Source: Octopus vulgaris
Taxonomy: Eukaryota
Reading direction: 5' to 3'
NCBI GenBank assembly: GCA_951406725.2
Contig: OX597834.1
Coordinates: forward strand, 8,184,001-8,248,000
DNA length: 64,000 nt
In this document: positions 1-16,175 of the stretch, piece after piece
Numbering within the stretch: position 1 is the first letter of the stretch
How the letters are laid out: the number at the start of each line of letters is the position of its first letter
The notes under the pieces: generated by a model
The model's database searches: none
The model's input: the letters and a program-made list of their open reading frames with translations, nothing else
What the model was told of the DNA's origin: nothing
Program-made: the position numbers and the translations under genes

Positions 1-190
1 TTACGCACTGGGGTCGATATAACCGACTTAATCCGTTTATCTGTCCTTGTTTATCCTCTCTGTGTTTTGCCCCTTGTGGGTAGTAAAGAAATAAGTATTT
101 CATGCGTCTTTATACTCTGAGTTCAAATGCAGCCGCGGGGGTCAAGTTTATTTTTCATCCTTTCTGGGTTGTTAAAATAAGCATCACTTG
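1..190 (+). mobile_element. SINE family B 3' part, joined at GTATTTC to a more decayed family B body
   Basis: 1-100 matches the family B tail (ggggtcgat..ccccttgtgggtagtaaagaaataagtattt) seen at 22.6, 43.8 and 44.6 kb; 100-190 is a diverged ctgagttcaaat..tttcatcctttc body. Confidence 0.8.
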
Positions 191-720
191 CTCCATCATC
201 TAAAACTACAGGGTTTGAGATATTTTATATGGTTGGGAGCAGGGAGAATCGTTACTGCACGGAAAATAACGCTTATTGGCATTACATTCTGAGTTTAGAA
301 GCTGCCGGGAACTACTTTCCTTTTCATCCTTTTGGGAAGGACAAAATAAGTACTAAAAATTGAAACCAATAAGATCTTGAAACACAATCACTAAGGGTTA
401 TTTCCTTTATAATTATCCCCTATATTACATCATCTTCGGTCTGCCTGCACTGGATATGATCCGTATGATGTTTGCTGTGCAACCAAGAATGACGAGTTAA
501 AAGAGGACACACGAAGTTCCTAGTATTTTACTTGTCTGTATTGTATCAACCTGTGAAATATGACGAAAAATTTCAGCGGCATTATACGAATTAATTATGC
601 AAATAGCCCAAGAAATTTTTTGACGCCATCTCATGTCCCGCATATTATCAGTTTTGACAATAGGCATAATTATGTGTTGCGTGTGTGTGTATTTATACAC
701 ACGCATATACATGCACACAC

Positions 721-734
<14 letters not shown>

Positions 735-752
<18 letters not shown>

Positions 753-822
753 CAATAAATACAAGTGCTTATGTACATGCTGGGATATATATATATATAA
801 TATATAATATATATATAAATAC

Positions 823-863
<41 letters not shown>

Positions 864-1031
864 TATATAAATATATATAATATATATATATATGTATACA
901 TGTATGTATATATGTATATACATAAGTATATATATGTATATATATATATATATAATATATATATGTATATATTTGTATAAATGTATAAATGTATATAAGT
1001 ATATATGTATGTATGTATGTATGTATATATG

Positions 1032-1089
<58 letters not shown>

Positions 1090-1112
1090 ATATATCTATA
1101 TATATATACATT
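735..1112. repeat. compound (TA)n/(TATG)n microsatellite
   Basis: direct inspection; source of the YIYI pseudo-ORFs. Confidence 0.95.
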
Positions 1113-2591
1113 TACATGATCGCACACGTAGGTGTGTGTGTTTCTGTGTGGTTGTTTAAATTGGGAGCAGTTTTCTCAGAGTCTGTAAGATGCCATTCAA
1201 TCAGCGATCAAAATAGAATCAAATTACACACTAGACATTTCAGATTTTAATTCATCCACTTTTAAGGCTTCTCTTATATTGCTGTGTACCTAGCTGCTTG
1301 TGTTGATCAGACCCTAATTATTCTCCCTTCTATCCTTACTGTTATTTCAAGTATGAATAGTTGTGCAATGTTCCCGGAATATATGAGGCTGAGAGGTTAA
1401 GATATTTTCTGCTAATTTCTTTCATATCGTGAGTCCGTTTTGCTCAGCCACATTTCTTTGCACTTCCTTAATATAATGAATCTGTATACCCTATAGTATT
1501 TTGCTTCTAGTTATTGTTTTGGTTGCTTTGATTATTAACCACAGGTCAGCTATGATTTAAGAAAACAATTAAAGAAACGCGTTTAGCTATGCAAATCGAG
1601 TCCTACTTTCACTGATTGACTCACCGGGTCTGTTCTTTCATTTTCAAGAATGTATTTGTAAAGATTAATATTTGTAACAGTATTAAGGAAAACATAGAAG
1701 GTACCTCATTACTAAATACTTTTGGTAGACGGACACCAAAATTATCTTTGTCAGTATGAAAGAATCTATGAAACGTTAGGAATTGATCCACATATTGTCA
1801 AACACGGACACTACATCGGTAATAGTTCCAAATTTTGGCACAAGGCCAGCAAATTTTGGGGGGAATGTGTTAAATCGATTACATCGATTCTAGTCTTCAT
1901 CTGGTGCTTATTTTATAGACCCCCCAACAGTACGAAAGTCAAACTGAATCCTGGCAGAATTTGAACTCTATAACGTAAAAAGGAGGGAAATTATGCAAAT
2001 CATTTCCATTGAAACAATTGCAGATGATTCTCTTAAACATCTACGTGTAATCACGTGCCATTATTTCAAAATGTTGATCTCCAAACCCTTATCTCCTCAT
2101 TACAATACTTATTCAAGGTTATTATTTCAATTATGTCACTAACCTTGTTGCACAATTAAGGTTTTCTTCAAAGCGTATCAGGTGCTATATCAATTTAAAT
2201 CTATAAATCTTGTGTACGACTACATTCTATACTTAAGCATGGTGAATAAAACTCGAACATAATTCATTCCGTAAAGCATTCATTCTATATCTATTTTGTT
2301 CAAGAGCTAAGGTAGTTAGTAGTGTAACCCTGTCGCGAGAAGGTGAAAAATAATATATAATATTCAATTGAAAATGGCATTGTATTCCCCTAATAACGAT
2401 ATTTTATTGTTATTTCTGTATTTAATTCTCTCTGCTGTGCATTAAGTATGCTAAAATCTTGTTAGTAATAATTTTCGATGCTTCATGTCTCTCAAACAAC
2501 GGATTATTTAATCCCAGATTAACACAGATCGAGAATTTCGATGGAATTCGTTTTTACTGCAAGTAAACTGTTAATTTTAGGGCATGTAATA

Positions 2592-2795
2592 CAATAATCC
2601 CTCTACTATCGTGGGTGTTACGTTCCAAAACCTCCAACAGGAGTAACTTGAAATCTAAAGAAATATAAGTACCTATATACAGGAACACATGATATACTGA
2701 GGAGTGTTCAATATAAATTTACATATATTATCCAGAAAAATCCGCGATGTACTGAGTGCGTAATTGGTGAACAGCGATATGGCGAGGAATTACTG
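2592..2795. mobile_element. pogo/Tigger-like MITE
   Basis: imperfect TIRs caataatccctctactatcg / cgatatggcgaggaattactg, flanked by TA on both sides. Confidence 0.6.
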
Positions 2796-4065
2796 TACTA
2801 TAACATTTTATGGACCATTGCATTTCTAAAATGCTCAGGTTTGATTTTATGAACATTTGGCAGTTACAAGATGGTGAAACGACAGGTGATTGCCTTCCTA
2901 TCTCCATAAGCAATATATTTATCAGAAAGTTAGCATCTTGAAACATTTCAAAACAATATTTTATACTTTTGTTATCCTAACAGGTATACATTTTGCTTAA
3001 TTTAATTAACAATATCATATACAAATTATAAAGTCGCTCCACATCTTATTACGCCAAAATATTTTTTTATCAGACACACGTACAAAATCAGTATGATCTT
3101 CACCTCATAATAATCTCAATTTAAATTTTGGCTCTTCCAGTATTAAAAATAATGACATTCACTTAGAGCTTATATTAATTTGTCCAGGAACTTACCACTC
3201 TCATCATTCATTTAACTTTGAGTAAGAATAATGCAATTTCGTAATATGAAAGAGTTTACTCTCTTTGTTTCTGCATCCAGACTTATAAATATATGTAGAT
3301 AGATTTTTTTGATTGTGAAATACTGAAAGCAATATTGATTTTAATTATGATTAAAAGTATATAGCTGAGATGAGTTGTTTTGTACGATTAGAGTTCTTCG
3401 AATATTTAAATTTAACACTATATTTATTTAGGAAGCTTATTTATAAAAATTTTTATATTCTACACAAAATTTCGGGTGGGACAAACGCCCATCAGCATTG
3501 AATACTTCATATTTGGCTGTTCAGACGGTATCAGACTGGAATTAAAATTGATTGGCTTCGAAACTTTATTTGTATACCAAACATAATATCGGTCACGTGA
3601 ACTGGGTCACTGAATGTTTTACAATGCCTCATATATATATATATTTACTTGAGTAGATTAGTTTGAATAGAGATTTTAAAACTTCTTTTATTAAATTTAC
3701 AAACAACTTATCTTTATTATATTTTCAGAAAAAAAAATTTGCATTTCAATTGATTCATTAGATTAACTTTTCTTCTCCATCATTAGCTTGATTACATTCT
3801 TCTACATTAAAACGTCTACTTAGCATAGATTTGGAACTTTTTTATTATTATTATTTGTATGGAACAATACTTTCTATTATGTATATTGTTTTCTGTAAAA
3901 CTAAGACTAATGGTAAAACAGGATCAGATATTGAATGGCAATGTAGATTGGGGTATACTTTACACCGCTCCGAGTGTATTTCTTTTCCTTTTATTCTCTC
4001 TATTATAACGTTTATATATTACACGAACGTATATAAACAGAAGATACAAATATTACAGGCTTTCA

Positions 4066-4369
4066 CCTACACACACAGAGACACTAACTAAACATAGACG
4101 CACATAGAGATATACGCATGCGCAAATGAAGACACATACAATAGAAATACAAAATGGCTGATGGTTAGTAAGGAGAGACACAAATAAGAAAGGAGAAAAC
4201 AAAGGACCACTGATGCGGTCACAGGGGTGTGACGAAAGAACTCTGGCCGAAATAAGATTAAAATTAATGTAAAAAAATAAACAACACTGAAGCAAAGTAA
4301 CATCAAATATATAGTACGTGTGTTTTTATTGGATAAACTGGCAAAATGACCATTCCGAAATACAACAAT
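4066..4369 (+). mobile_element. Penelope-like pLTR remnant, family P1
   Basis: homologous to 26931-27225 (minus); contains a hammerhead-like fold at 4204-4248. Confidence 0.6.
4204..4248 (+). ncRNA. variant minimal type-I hammerhead (core CUGAUGC)
   Basis: ggacca-CTGATGCG-GTCACA-gggg-TGTGAC-GAAA-gaa-CTC-tggcc; stem II perfect, stem I imperfect, core A9 replaced by C. Confidence 0.45.
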
Positions 4370-4832
4370 CTCTCTATCATATTTATACATGTACGGTTGC
4401 GCACTTGTGGTAATGTGTACTTGTGTCCTCCAATAGACCTCAAAGAGGCTCTAACTTCCAGTACTCTGCCCACATCGAAATTTTCTCTTTTGTATTTATG
4501 CCATCACAAAATCTTCCAATCCCCACCATAGTGATGCTGTTTTGAATGATTCACATTATATTAGATATATATCAGAGCACGCTTAACATTATGCTTTGTT
4601 CCCCCTTTACGTTGCATTCCCATTTGTGCTCCAAATAAATATACGTCTAAAGCTCCACTGTTTATCGACTTGACTGGCTCCATGGCAGTTCGATGAGGTT
4701 TGCTGTGATAGCTAACTGGATAAGGTAGGTGAAGTTTCAGTTCCCATCCATTTGAACACTACTTTGTATTATCTATACTAAACATATTTTATTTCTCCCA
4801 CTCTCACTCAGTCACTCAATCAATGTATGTGC

Positions 4833-4959
<127 letters not shown>

Positions 4960-5175
4960 CATCAAAATTTAGATTCAGATGAATATGGTACTTAAGTCAA
5001 AGGCACCAGAATTTTGTATTGGATTATCCATATAAATCAAATGGGGTGTTTATGATTAAAATAAGCAACAACTATATCCAAGGTAGAGTAGTACAATTGT
5101 TTCATGCTAATAAAATGAAGTAGCATGAAACAATTGTACTACACTACCTTGGATATACTTTGTTGCTTATTTTAA
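4960..5175. mobile_element. Penelope-like foldback remnant (P2-related), with hairpin 5056-5175
   Basis: ~54-bp near-perfect inverted arms, each carrying the hammerhead 3' half GAAAC-AATT-GTA; minus strand of 4975-5055 resembles 31398-31475; TA tracts on both sides. Confidence 0.7.
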
Positions 5176-5231
5176 AGTATATATATACACACGCACGTAT
5201 ATATTTATATATGCACATACAAACACATATA

Positions 5232-6485
5232 GAAGGGTTGGACAAAATAATGGAAACACCTAGTATAATTTTGAAACATCTATATTACCATCAAAAGCTT
5301 GTTCATTTTTTTTATTTATTATTAGTGTTGCTTAATATGTTTTGCTAAAATTGATCTTTCTTTTTCAGATATCATCAGAAAAAAATATTAAAATTCTTTA
5401 AAATGAGAGATCTATTGGACTTTCAAAGAGGTCAATATGTTGGTTCTGATATAGCGGGTGCTAGCGTAAGTAAAACAGCTGAAAGGCTTGGTGTATAGAG
5501 AAGTATTGTCATTGAGAGTAATGACAACCTTTGAGAAAGAAGGAAAAAACTCCTGGTCGAAAGAAAACTCCGGAAAAAAGCAAAAACTTTCAGATAGGGA
5601 CCTTCGGATGCTTATGCGAATTTTTAGAAATGATCACAAAGGTACAGCTCCCAAAATTACTGCAGACGTTAATGACAACCTCCATAACCAAGTTTCCACA
5701 AAAACTGTTCGCCGGTAGCTGCACAAGGCGGGATATAACGGGAGGGCTGCAAGCAGAAAACCAGTACTTTCAAAAACAAACGTTGCAAAGCGTTTAGAGT
5801 GGAGTAAAAACCTACAGAATTATTCCCAAGAGCAGTAGAAGAATGTTATTTTCTCGGACGGTTCATTCTTTAGCTTATTTCCGACCACCGGCCGAGTATA
5901 CCTGTGGATACAGCCAAAAGAAGAATTTGACCTAGACTGCTTTCTTCCTATTGTTAAACATTAAGGAGGATCTATGATGATCGGGGTGGGGGAGGGCTAT
6001 ATCTTAGAAATCACCCGGCCCAATGATTTCCCTTCGTGGCTGAAGTAATGGTCAATACTATTTAACCATTTTATCTGATCAAATTCATCCTATGTTTGTC
6101 GAACTGTTTTTAGAGGGAAGCGCAATCTTTCAGGGTGATAATGCATCAATTCGCACAGCTAAATTTGTTACGAAATAGTACGAGGAACATTTTAATGAAG
6201 TCGAGGATCGTATCTGACTACCACAGTCCCCTGATATCAATAGCATTGAACATGTATGGTACATTCTAGAAAATCAAGTAAGAAGTCGATATCCTCCACC
6301 ATCATCAATACAAGAACAGGAGCTTCTTTTAGCTAAGAATGAACAAAAAGTCTTTTGGAAACAATTCAAACTTTGTACGAGTCCATACTTCATAGAATTC
6401 AAGCTATAATTACTGCCAAATGCGGTTCTACATAATATTAAAGTAAATTTGTTTGAAATGTTTCCATTATTTTATCCAACCCCTG
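5232..6485 (+). mobile_element. full-length decayed Tc1-family DNA transposon
   Basis: TIRs gggttggacaaaataatggaaaca / tgtttccattattttatccaacccctg enclosing a transposase relic. Confidence 0.93.
5403..6441 (+). pseudogene. Tc1 DDE transposase pseudogene
   Basis: MRDLLDFQRGQ start, VSTKTVRR, FSDGS (FSDES), GGSMMI, IFQGDNA, PQSPDINSIEHVW; several stops and frameshifts. Confidence 0.92.
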
Positions 6486-6862
6486 TGTATATATACATAC
6501 ATATATGGCATGTGTGTTTCTGTGTAAATATAATACAGCGTCGGCTAAAAGTCAATCACAAAATTGTTCAATACTTTTCGGAATTTGTAAAAGACGTGCT
6601 CTAAATTTTCTAAAATATTGATGGGTTCACACTTACTTGTGTATGATGAACCAAACCAATATCAAAATGATAACGTAGTATAAATAAAATGTCAAATGAC
6701 TTGGTGCATAAGTTTTGACCCCTCTGTACGCATTTCAGGAAAATGATTTGCACATATTATTATCGTCGCTGAACTCTATTGAATTTGTTGATACCATTTT
6801 ATTTATATTTTAATTCTTCAATTGCAAAAATTAACTATGTTACAACACTGTTTCAAAATATA

Positions 6863-7713
6863 GGAGGTAGTATCAAACGTTTCCAGGACTAGTTCTGTAG
6901 CGCCAGCAGATGGCAGCACACGGTTTCGTACGCATTGAGGGCTACCAGTGTCATTCTTGAGGCGGTGCGCCGAGTGACATGTGTGTTTACTTCTAAAGGG
7001 GTGAAATCTGAGTTTTTGTGATCACGTGTAAGCTATAGTCTGCGATTTCGTTATGGACAGGAAATTGGAACAAAGAGCTAACTAAAATTTTGTGATAAAC
7101 CTGGGAAATGTGCTACAGGGAAATATAGCGTTCTTCGGCAAGCATAGGACGTCGAGGCAATGGGTTGTACGGAGTGTTTCGAGTGACACGGGGGCCTTGA
7201 AAGCTGCAGAACGTCACTGTTTTGCTCCCAGAAATCTATAGTGCATCGGGAATTCGCCCCCCAGGCCCAGACCGTCAATCAAAAAGTTCCCCTGCAACAT
7301 TTTGAAGTGTTTGCGGGAGAACATTCAGTGAAAGCGACAAGATCAGTGAAGCGCGAAAAACTGGACACTTCGCAAGGACAATACAGCCTGTCACCGAGGT
7401 CTACCCGTGAGTTTCCTACAAAAGGCAACATGGAATCGCTTCTGCACCTGTGAATTCTATTTTCACCCAAGAGGAAAATGCAAAACACAGGTCGCTGTTT
7501 TAACACCCTTATCGAGATTCTGAGCGAATTGCAGTAGGTCCTCGACTCGCTTATAGAAACGGAGTTCGAGGCCGGATTCTAAAAGTAGCAGCAGCCTTGA
7601 GATCGGCGTACTACTGCGCAAGGTGAGTATTTCGAAGATGATGTTAAAACTTATATAAATAAGTTAGCTTTTATCAAACATAACTAATCTGTGAACTTTA
7701 TGATATTACCTCG
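6863..7713 (+). mobile_element. internally deleted mariner element
   Basis: TIRs ggaggtagtatcaaacgtttccaggactag / ctaatctgtgaactttatgatattacctcg; relic MDRKLEQRA..KFC, IVHREFAPQAQTVNQ, AQGEYFEDD. Confidence 0.85.
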
Positions 7714-8019
7714 AATATGTGCAAAGCGTCACGATCTGAAACCGAACAACGAACTATAGTAATTTGAATTGAAAATGCAAGCGCAGTTGGACTCATGTGA
7801 GCAAGCGTATGTATAAGAAAGACGTTACGAAAGGAAAGGCCTCGCTCACCAGGACAAAAAGCCATTGATACAGTTGTTACGTAATATTTAACATGACACA
7901 AATCGCAGTTCTCGAAAAATATAAAAGAATATTCTGTTTAGGAGGCATTTAAACGCTTTTAACAGAGGAAAACACCTGTACGACATGATCGCTAGTAACC
8001 CGCGTAAAAAGGTGTATAT

Positions 8020-8077
<58 letters not shown>

Positions 8078-8162
8078 ATAATTGCATGTGCGTGTCTCTG
8101 TATATATGTGTGTATGTATATTAGTGTGTGTTAATATATCCGCACACACACACACACACACA

Positions 8163-8523
8163 TCTATATCTATAATATAAATTGGACATGGGTGAGCGTT
8201 ATATTCTTTCTTGTCTTGAGGCTCAAAGCCAAACGGCCGGGTGGATTCGCGTGACAAATTGCACACATGTGGAGACGAGTGCATAGATTGGAATGCGGTT
8301 TGAATTTTTTTTCCATAGCCCCCACACTTACTGAGAAAATCGATCTGAAGCTGTATTCTGACAAGGGTGGGGGTAAGAAATGTTCATACAGCTGTGGGCT
8401 CCAATCGAAACAGGGGACCCGACATGATAAGGTTGAGAAACGTTCTTATACATTATACCTAAGCGAAAACGATCACACCCACATCATCCAAACAGACCTG
8501 GTGAAACTGTGCTTCAATGCTAG
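8163..8523 (+). mobile_element. non-autonomous Helitron candidate
   Basis: A|TCTATATCTATAATATAA 5' end, decayed subterminal hairpin cctggtgaaactgtg, CTAG|T 3' end, no TSD. Confidence 0.65.
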
Positions 8524-8609
<86 letters not shown>

Positions 8610-9406
8610 ATTACATACATATATACACATGCATATTTATATTTATATCTATACATATCTATCCATTTGTCTGTCTTTTAGTCTATCTCTTCGCGCGCTC
8701 TGTCTGTCTGTCTGTCTCTCTCTCTCTCGCTCCCTCCTCGATATAAATATCTCAATCTGGGTCACCATGTACCTGTACTTGGATATGAGTGTATGTGTGT
8801 ATGTGTGTGTATGTATATTCGTATAGCCGTATACAATTATACGAATACACACACACATACACATACACACACATACAATTATATTTACATACAATTATAC
8901 GAATACACACACACGCACATACACACACATACACATACACGTCCAAATAGAAGTACAGAGAGTCCGAGATGCAGATACAGTGAGAGATAATTGCAGAGAG
9001 AGACATCAATTATTTAGTGGGTGGAGGGTAGAAACACACTTCAAACACCAATAACAATTCCTGTTATGGAAATATCATTTGCTTTTAGAATTCAATACAA
9101 TCGTTTATGAATATAACTTAATAGTAAATAGCAGAATTTAGCGCCACTTTCATACGGCATGTTCTGCTACATTTCTATATATTTTCATGTCCTTTTTTTT
9201 CTTCGATTATTTTCGATATTGTGTTGCTCTTGTTTTTGATCTTTCTGTGTCTTATGCAGTGTATTGCAATGTTTGTAGTCTGTGCAATACAGTTATCATC
9301 AAAAATTCACTCAGCAAACTCTGCCATAATTTCCTCTCTATTATTATCCACCCTGCTGTCTAATTTCCTTTCCTAATCCATTGCAGATTCATCTTCCCAA
9401 CAGTTT

Positions 9407-9457
<51 letters not shown>

Positions 9458-9590
9458 ATTATCTGTAAATATGCATATATATATTTATTTATATATACAT
9501 ATATATACATACATACATATATCTATATATACATGTATATATAAGTATATATAGATATGTGTGTGTAAACATGTATATATATTTATATGT

Positions 9591-9675
<85 letters not shown>

Positions 9676-10715
9676 CTTGTACGCGCACATACATACAGCT
9701 CACGAATCGACACACAGACAAACAGGTATAAGTATTCATAAAATAACACAGAATATGAAAATATGAGAATATAAATATATAAAGCACACACGTATATGTA
9801 TTCAGAGACTCTCACACATGTATAAATGTAGAACAAATAAATTTTATATGAAATGTGTGTGTGTGTGTATTTATGTGTCTGTATATATGTCTACATAACT
9901 ATGTATATGTATACACATACAGACACTCACACACGCACACATACACATATTCATATGTGTGTATGTGTGTATGCTCCCACAAACACATATATACATGTAC
10001 GTACCTGTGTACACGTATGTGTGTATTGTTTATGCTTACTTATGTGTGTGTGTGTGTGTGGATAAGCAAATAATATGATTGATCATTATTCTCTGTTCAG
10101 AAAAAAAGAAAACGGAATTTTTCTTTTTCTTTATTTTTAATCGTTTGCCGTGATGAAGTCAACCAGTTCGTATAGTAAACTTAAAATAATAATCATATAA
10201 ATCGTACAGTTTTGTCTCCTGTATCCGCCTTATAATATTCAGGTTATATTCTTCTTTCACAGTCTAGCATCGTTTGAACATGGTTCTTCTTTCATATATC
10301 ACCAAGCATCGTCCTACCATGTAATGTTGTTCTACGTGTTGCAACCCAAACAATGCCTTACACATAATATCCACCATGAAGAAGATTACAGAGATGGTTT
10401 TCCTGCTTTTATTCGGACGTAAGTTGGGATACTATTATGCTATATTTGGGAGTACTTGTAATTATTTGAGCAATCAGGTTGTAGAAGCAGTTTTATTACT
10501 TATTAACGTGATTGCGAAGTTTAGATTGTGTTCTTGTGTGGCATCTCTTCGCAGGAAATTCTTCGGTTTATTCATGTTTCCCTGCCAGCATACATTAATA
10601 ATTATCCGGCAAAATTTATCCTGCTTTTATCAAATCTACATGGAGCACAGTTGCAATCCCTGCACATATGTGTTGTGCATTCTCGCGCACCACGCAATAT
10701 ATATATATATATATA

Positions 10716-11561
<846 letters not shown>

Positions 11562-11698
11562 AGTGAGGAACTATATTACTGAAATTCTATTCACTTTTCC
11601 GTAATCTCCAAAATATATATACATAAGAACCCAACAAGCCTTTAGAATTTAATACCTATCCTATGTATGCATGCATATATACATATGCATATATGTAG

Positions 11699-11817
<119 letters not shown>

Positions 11818-12532
11818 CATATACATGTGTAACTTCACAAATATATACACATACATAAACACGTGCGTCACACACACACACTCACACGCACATATACCGG
11901 GGAATGTAGCGTTTTTTTAATAGTGTACATATGTATTAATGCGCATACAAATATTCCTGAGACCTTAGCGAGTTTAGATTGAATACAGCACTTACATCAG
12001 TGAGGTGAAATAACAACTGCCACAAGATTGAAAATTTCATAACGTTTCCGTTCGGTGGTAGAGTCAATGGTATAAAAAAAAATGCAAAATCTCGAAAAAA
12101 TTATTCAAGAAAAATTCCATTTCATTATGGCATATGAAGAATATGAATTATAGAATCGAATATCAATATATGTGGTGGTGGGGTGCACATCGGTTGAAAT
12201 ATTTCCATCTGTACTCGAATAAACAACAATATGCAGATATCTGCTTAAAAAATTTAACTATATTAACCAGAGCTATTAAAGCCTGTGTATGTCTGTGCAA
12301 GTGAATACGTGTGTGTATGTGAGAGAAAATGTGTGTCTGCATGCGTTTGTGTGACTATGTATACGTTTGCATGTATATATACGTAGATGTATTCACGTGT
12401 TTGTTCACGTATGCAGTTAGGTATCTATCTACTTACTTCTATACATATATATATTTATAGACATGTATGTGTAAGTGTGTGTGTGTGTTTTCTGCAACGA
12501 TTTTGATAAACAGTGCCGTGTTAAAAGTCTGT

Positions 12533-13268
<736 letters not shown>

Positions 13269-13328
13269 GATTTTGAAGTTAGGACGTGAAGACGAAAAAA
13301 ATACTGCTAATTGTAATATATAATATTA

Positions 13329-13745
13329 TAGGCGCAGGAGTAGCTTTGTGGTAAGTAGCTTGCTAAGCAACCACATGGTTCCGGGTTCAGTTCCACTGCC
13401 TGGCATCTTGGGCAAGTGTCTTCTGCTATAGACCTGGGCCGACCAATGCCTTGTGAGTGGATTTGGTAGACGGAAACTGAAAGAGGCCTGTCGTATATAT
13501 GTATATATATATATGTGTGTATGTGTGTGTATGTGTTTGTGTGTCTGTGTTTGTCCCCCTAGCATTACTTGACAACCGATGCTGGTGTGTTTACGTCCAC
13601 GTCACCTATCGGTTCGTCAAAAGAGACCGATAGAATAAGTACTTGGCTTACAAAGAAAAAGTCCCAGGGTCGAGTTGCTCGACTAGAGGCGGTGCTCCAG
13701 CATGGCTGCAGTCAAATGACTGAAACAAGTAAAAGAGTAAAGAAT
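13329..13745 (+). mobile_element. SINE family A
   Basis: full-length copy aggcgcaggagt..aaacaagtaaaagagtaa. Confidence 0.92.
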
Positions 13746-14460
13746 ATACTCGTACTCTCGTGTGTGTGTGTGTGTGTGTACCATATGCGTATCGATTGGG
13801 ACATGCAATATATCCCAACAATTTACTGAAGTAATAAGAATAGATACAAAATATTTCATACAGAAAATATTATTTATCTAACGTCAAATTTATTCTCAAC
13901 ACTGTGAGTTAGCATAATTGCGAATATATTTTGACTACTGTCTATATCGGTTATTCGAGCAGCAATTTCACAAATTAGAGGAAAGTAATTCTCTCATAAT
14001 TTTTATTTAGTTTAAATTACCAATATGTTCTATGTATTAAATTTCATTAATTACAATTGCAATTGGTTATCAGTTCCTATTTTCTCGAAGAATATTTTAA
14101 AACGTGTTTAAATGCTTTATCATTCCAAGTTGTTTGTTCAGCATTCTGGTCTATGTCTGTGGAATGCATAAGTTCTTGTTCTTTGCCCTATATTGGTTGA
14201 TTTACTACTTTGTTCATCTCTTGTTCGTTGATTTGTCTTGGAATTGACATGTTACTCAAAACATTTGTACAAACATTTAATAATTTATAAATTTTCATTT
14301 TATATGTCTAAAATCGCTGAATGTGACTCCGCGTCATATGTGATTCTGAAAACTCAATTTTTGTGCAAGTAAAATTATATGATGTATTTAGATACTCACT
14401 CATAATAGAAATTAATTTAGAATACGGCGATGCTATCTTGAATTAAAACAGAACAATGCC

Positions 14461-14557
14461 ATACATACATACAAACATACATACATACATACATACATAC
14501 ATACATACATACATACGTACATACGTACATACATACACACATACATACATACATACA

Positions 14558-14586
<29 letters not shown>
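14461..14586. repeat. (TACA)n microsatellite
   Basis: direct inspection. Confidence 0.95.
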
Positions 14587-14588
<2 letters not shown>

Positions 14589-14803
14589 TGATACTAGTCT
14601 GTGGATGTTGAACCACAAGGGGAAATTTCTGACCTGACGTCCACTGTTCGAAGATTGTAATGGACACAGGTTTGTGTGTCACACAGCTAGATAGATGTGA
14701 TGGCCTCTTGGAGCTAATCAACGGCAGCATTCGTCCTATTTTCCTGGACTGCCATGTCAGCTTGGCGATAACAATTAATATCCAGTAGTCCTGCTGTAAT
14801 CGC

Positions 14804-14839
<36 letters not shown>

Positions 14840-14980
14840 CTATTTGAAAACAATATTTGTCAGGTTGGAACAATGCCAGAGAATATGATATAAAGTGAAA
14901 GACATAGATAGGCCCTCGAGCTTATCTTGAAGTCATCCCAGGCATCAACGTGGGGTGCACACAACGAAATTGCCTCATGA

Positions 14981-15237
14981 ATACTAGTGGGACAAACACA
15001 GACACACAAATACTAGTGGGACAAACACAGACACACAAACATATACGCACACATATATATATACATATATACGACGGGCTTCTTTCAGTTTCCCTCTGCT
15101 AAATCAACTCACAAGGCTTTTGTCGGCCCGAGGCTATAGTAGAAGACACTTGCTCAAGGTGCCACGCAGTGAGACTGAATCCGGAACCATGTGGTTGGTA
15201 AGCAAGCTACTTACCACACACCCACTCCTGCGCCTAT
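14981..15237 (-). mobile_element. SINE family A 5' half, with a 29-bp tandem duplication at the break
   Basis: atactagtgggacaaacacagacacacaa occurs twice at 14981-15038. Confidence 0.85.
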
Positions 15238-15851
15238 AGATATAGAAATATGCACACACAGATCCACGTCTGTGTATATCTGTGTACATTCAAGTATGCG
15301 CTTCACTATCTCTAAGTTTGCATCCATATATGTATGTATGTACGTGCGTATACGTGCCTGTGTGTGTCTGCGTGTTTGTGTGCGTGTATGTGTGTGTTTG
15401 TGTGTGCATGTATTTGTAATTGTATGCCAATATGCAACGAATTTAAGCTTAGACAATATGAAAAACTCACAAAACAAAACGTTACTTTTCTCCTGAAAAA
15501 TACATTTCACTACATTTTACTTTTCTTTTCTTCGATTTTATGATAACTTGCTGTCATTTCTATTGAGTTGTTATTTAAGCAATTTTTTTCTCTAAATATC
15601 CATCATTCAATACAGAGTTTTTAACAGTTTTTGTCTTTAATCTTTAAGACTTTTTCATTTTATTTACGAGGGACCTTTTTTTATACCTTCTCCTTCAAAC
15701 TTCTCATATTTCTATGAAACTAGTATTTCTGACTTATTTCCTTGTACAGTATATGTCTTTTTTGCTACAGTAACTATAATTTATGTACAGCAACTGTAAT
15801 TTATATCCCTGGTATGTTTGTGTCTTTTATTATTGGTTTTCTCCTTTCATA

Positions 15852-15940
<89 letters not shown>

Positions 15941-16139
15941 TTTTATACATACATGTACATATATGCATGCCAAACGAATGCGTCCCTTTACACGTTTGTA
16001 ACGAATAATATTGCTAGTATTTTTTACACACACACACACACATATGTATATATTCGTACACAGAGATATATACATATTTATACACATGCATATATGGATA
16101 TACCTATAGATAAAAATCCCTCACACATGCAAATATACA

Positions 16140-16175
<36 letters not shown>

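Noticed and set aside
9130-9400. Possible decayed GIY-YIG endonuclease on minus (DNCIAQTT resembling YIGQT; NVAEHA)
   Set aside because: Only two weak motif echoes across broken frames; a profile search would be needed.
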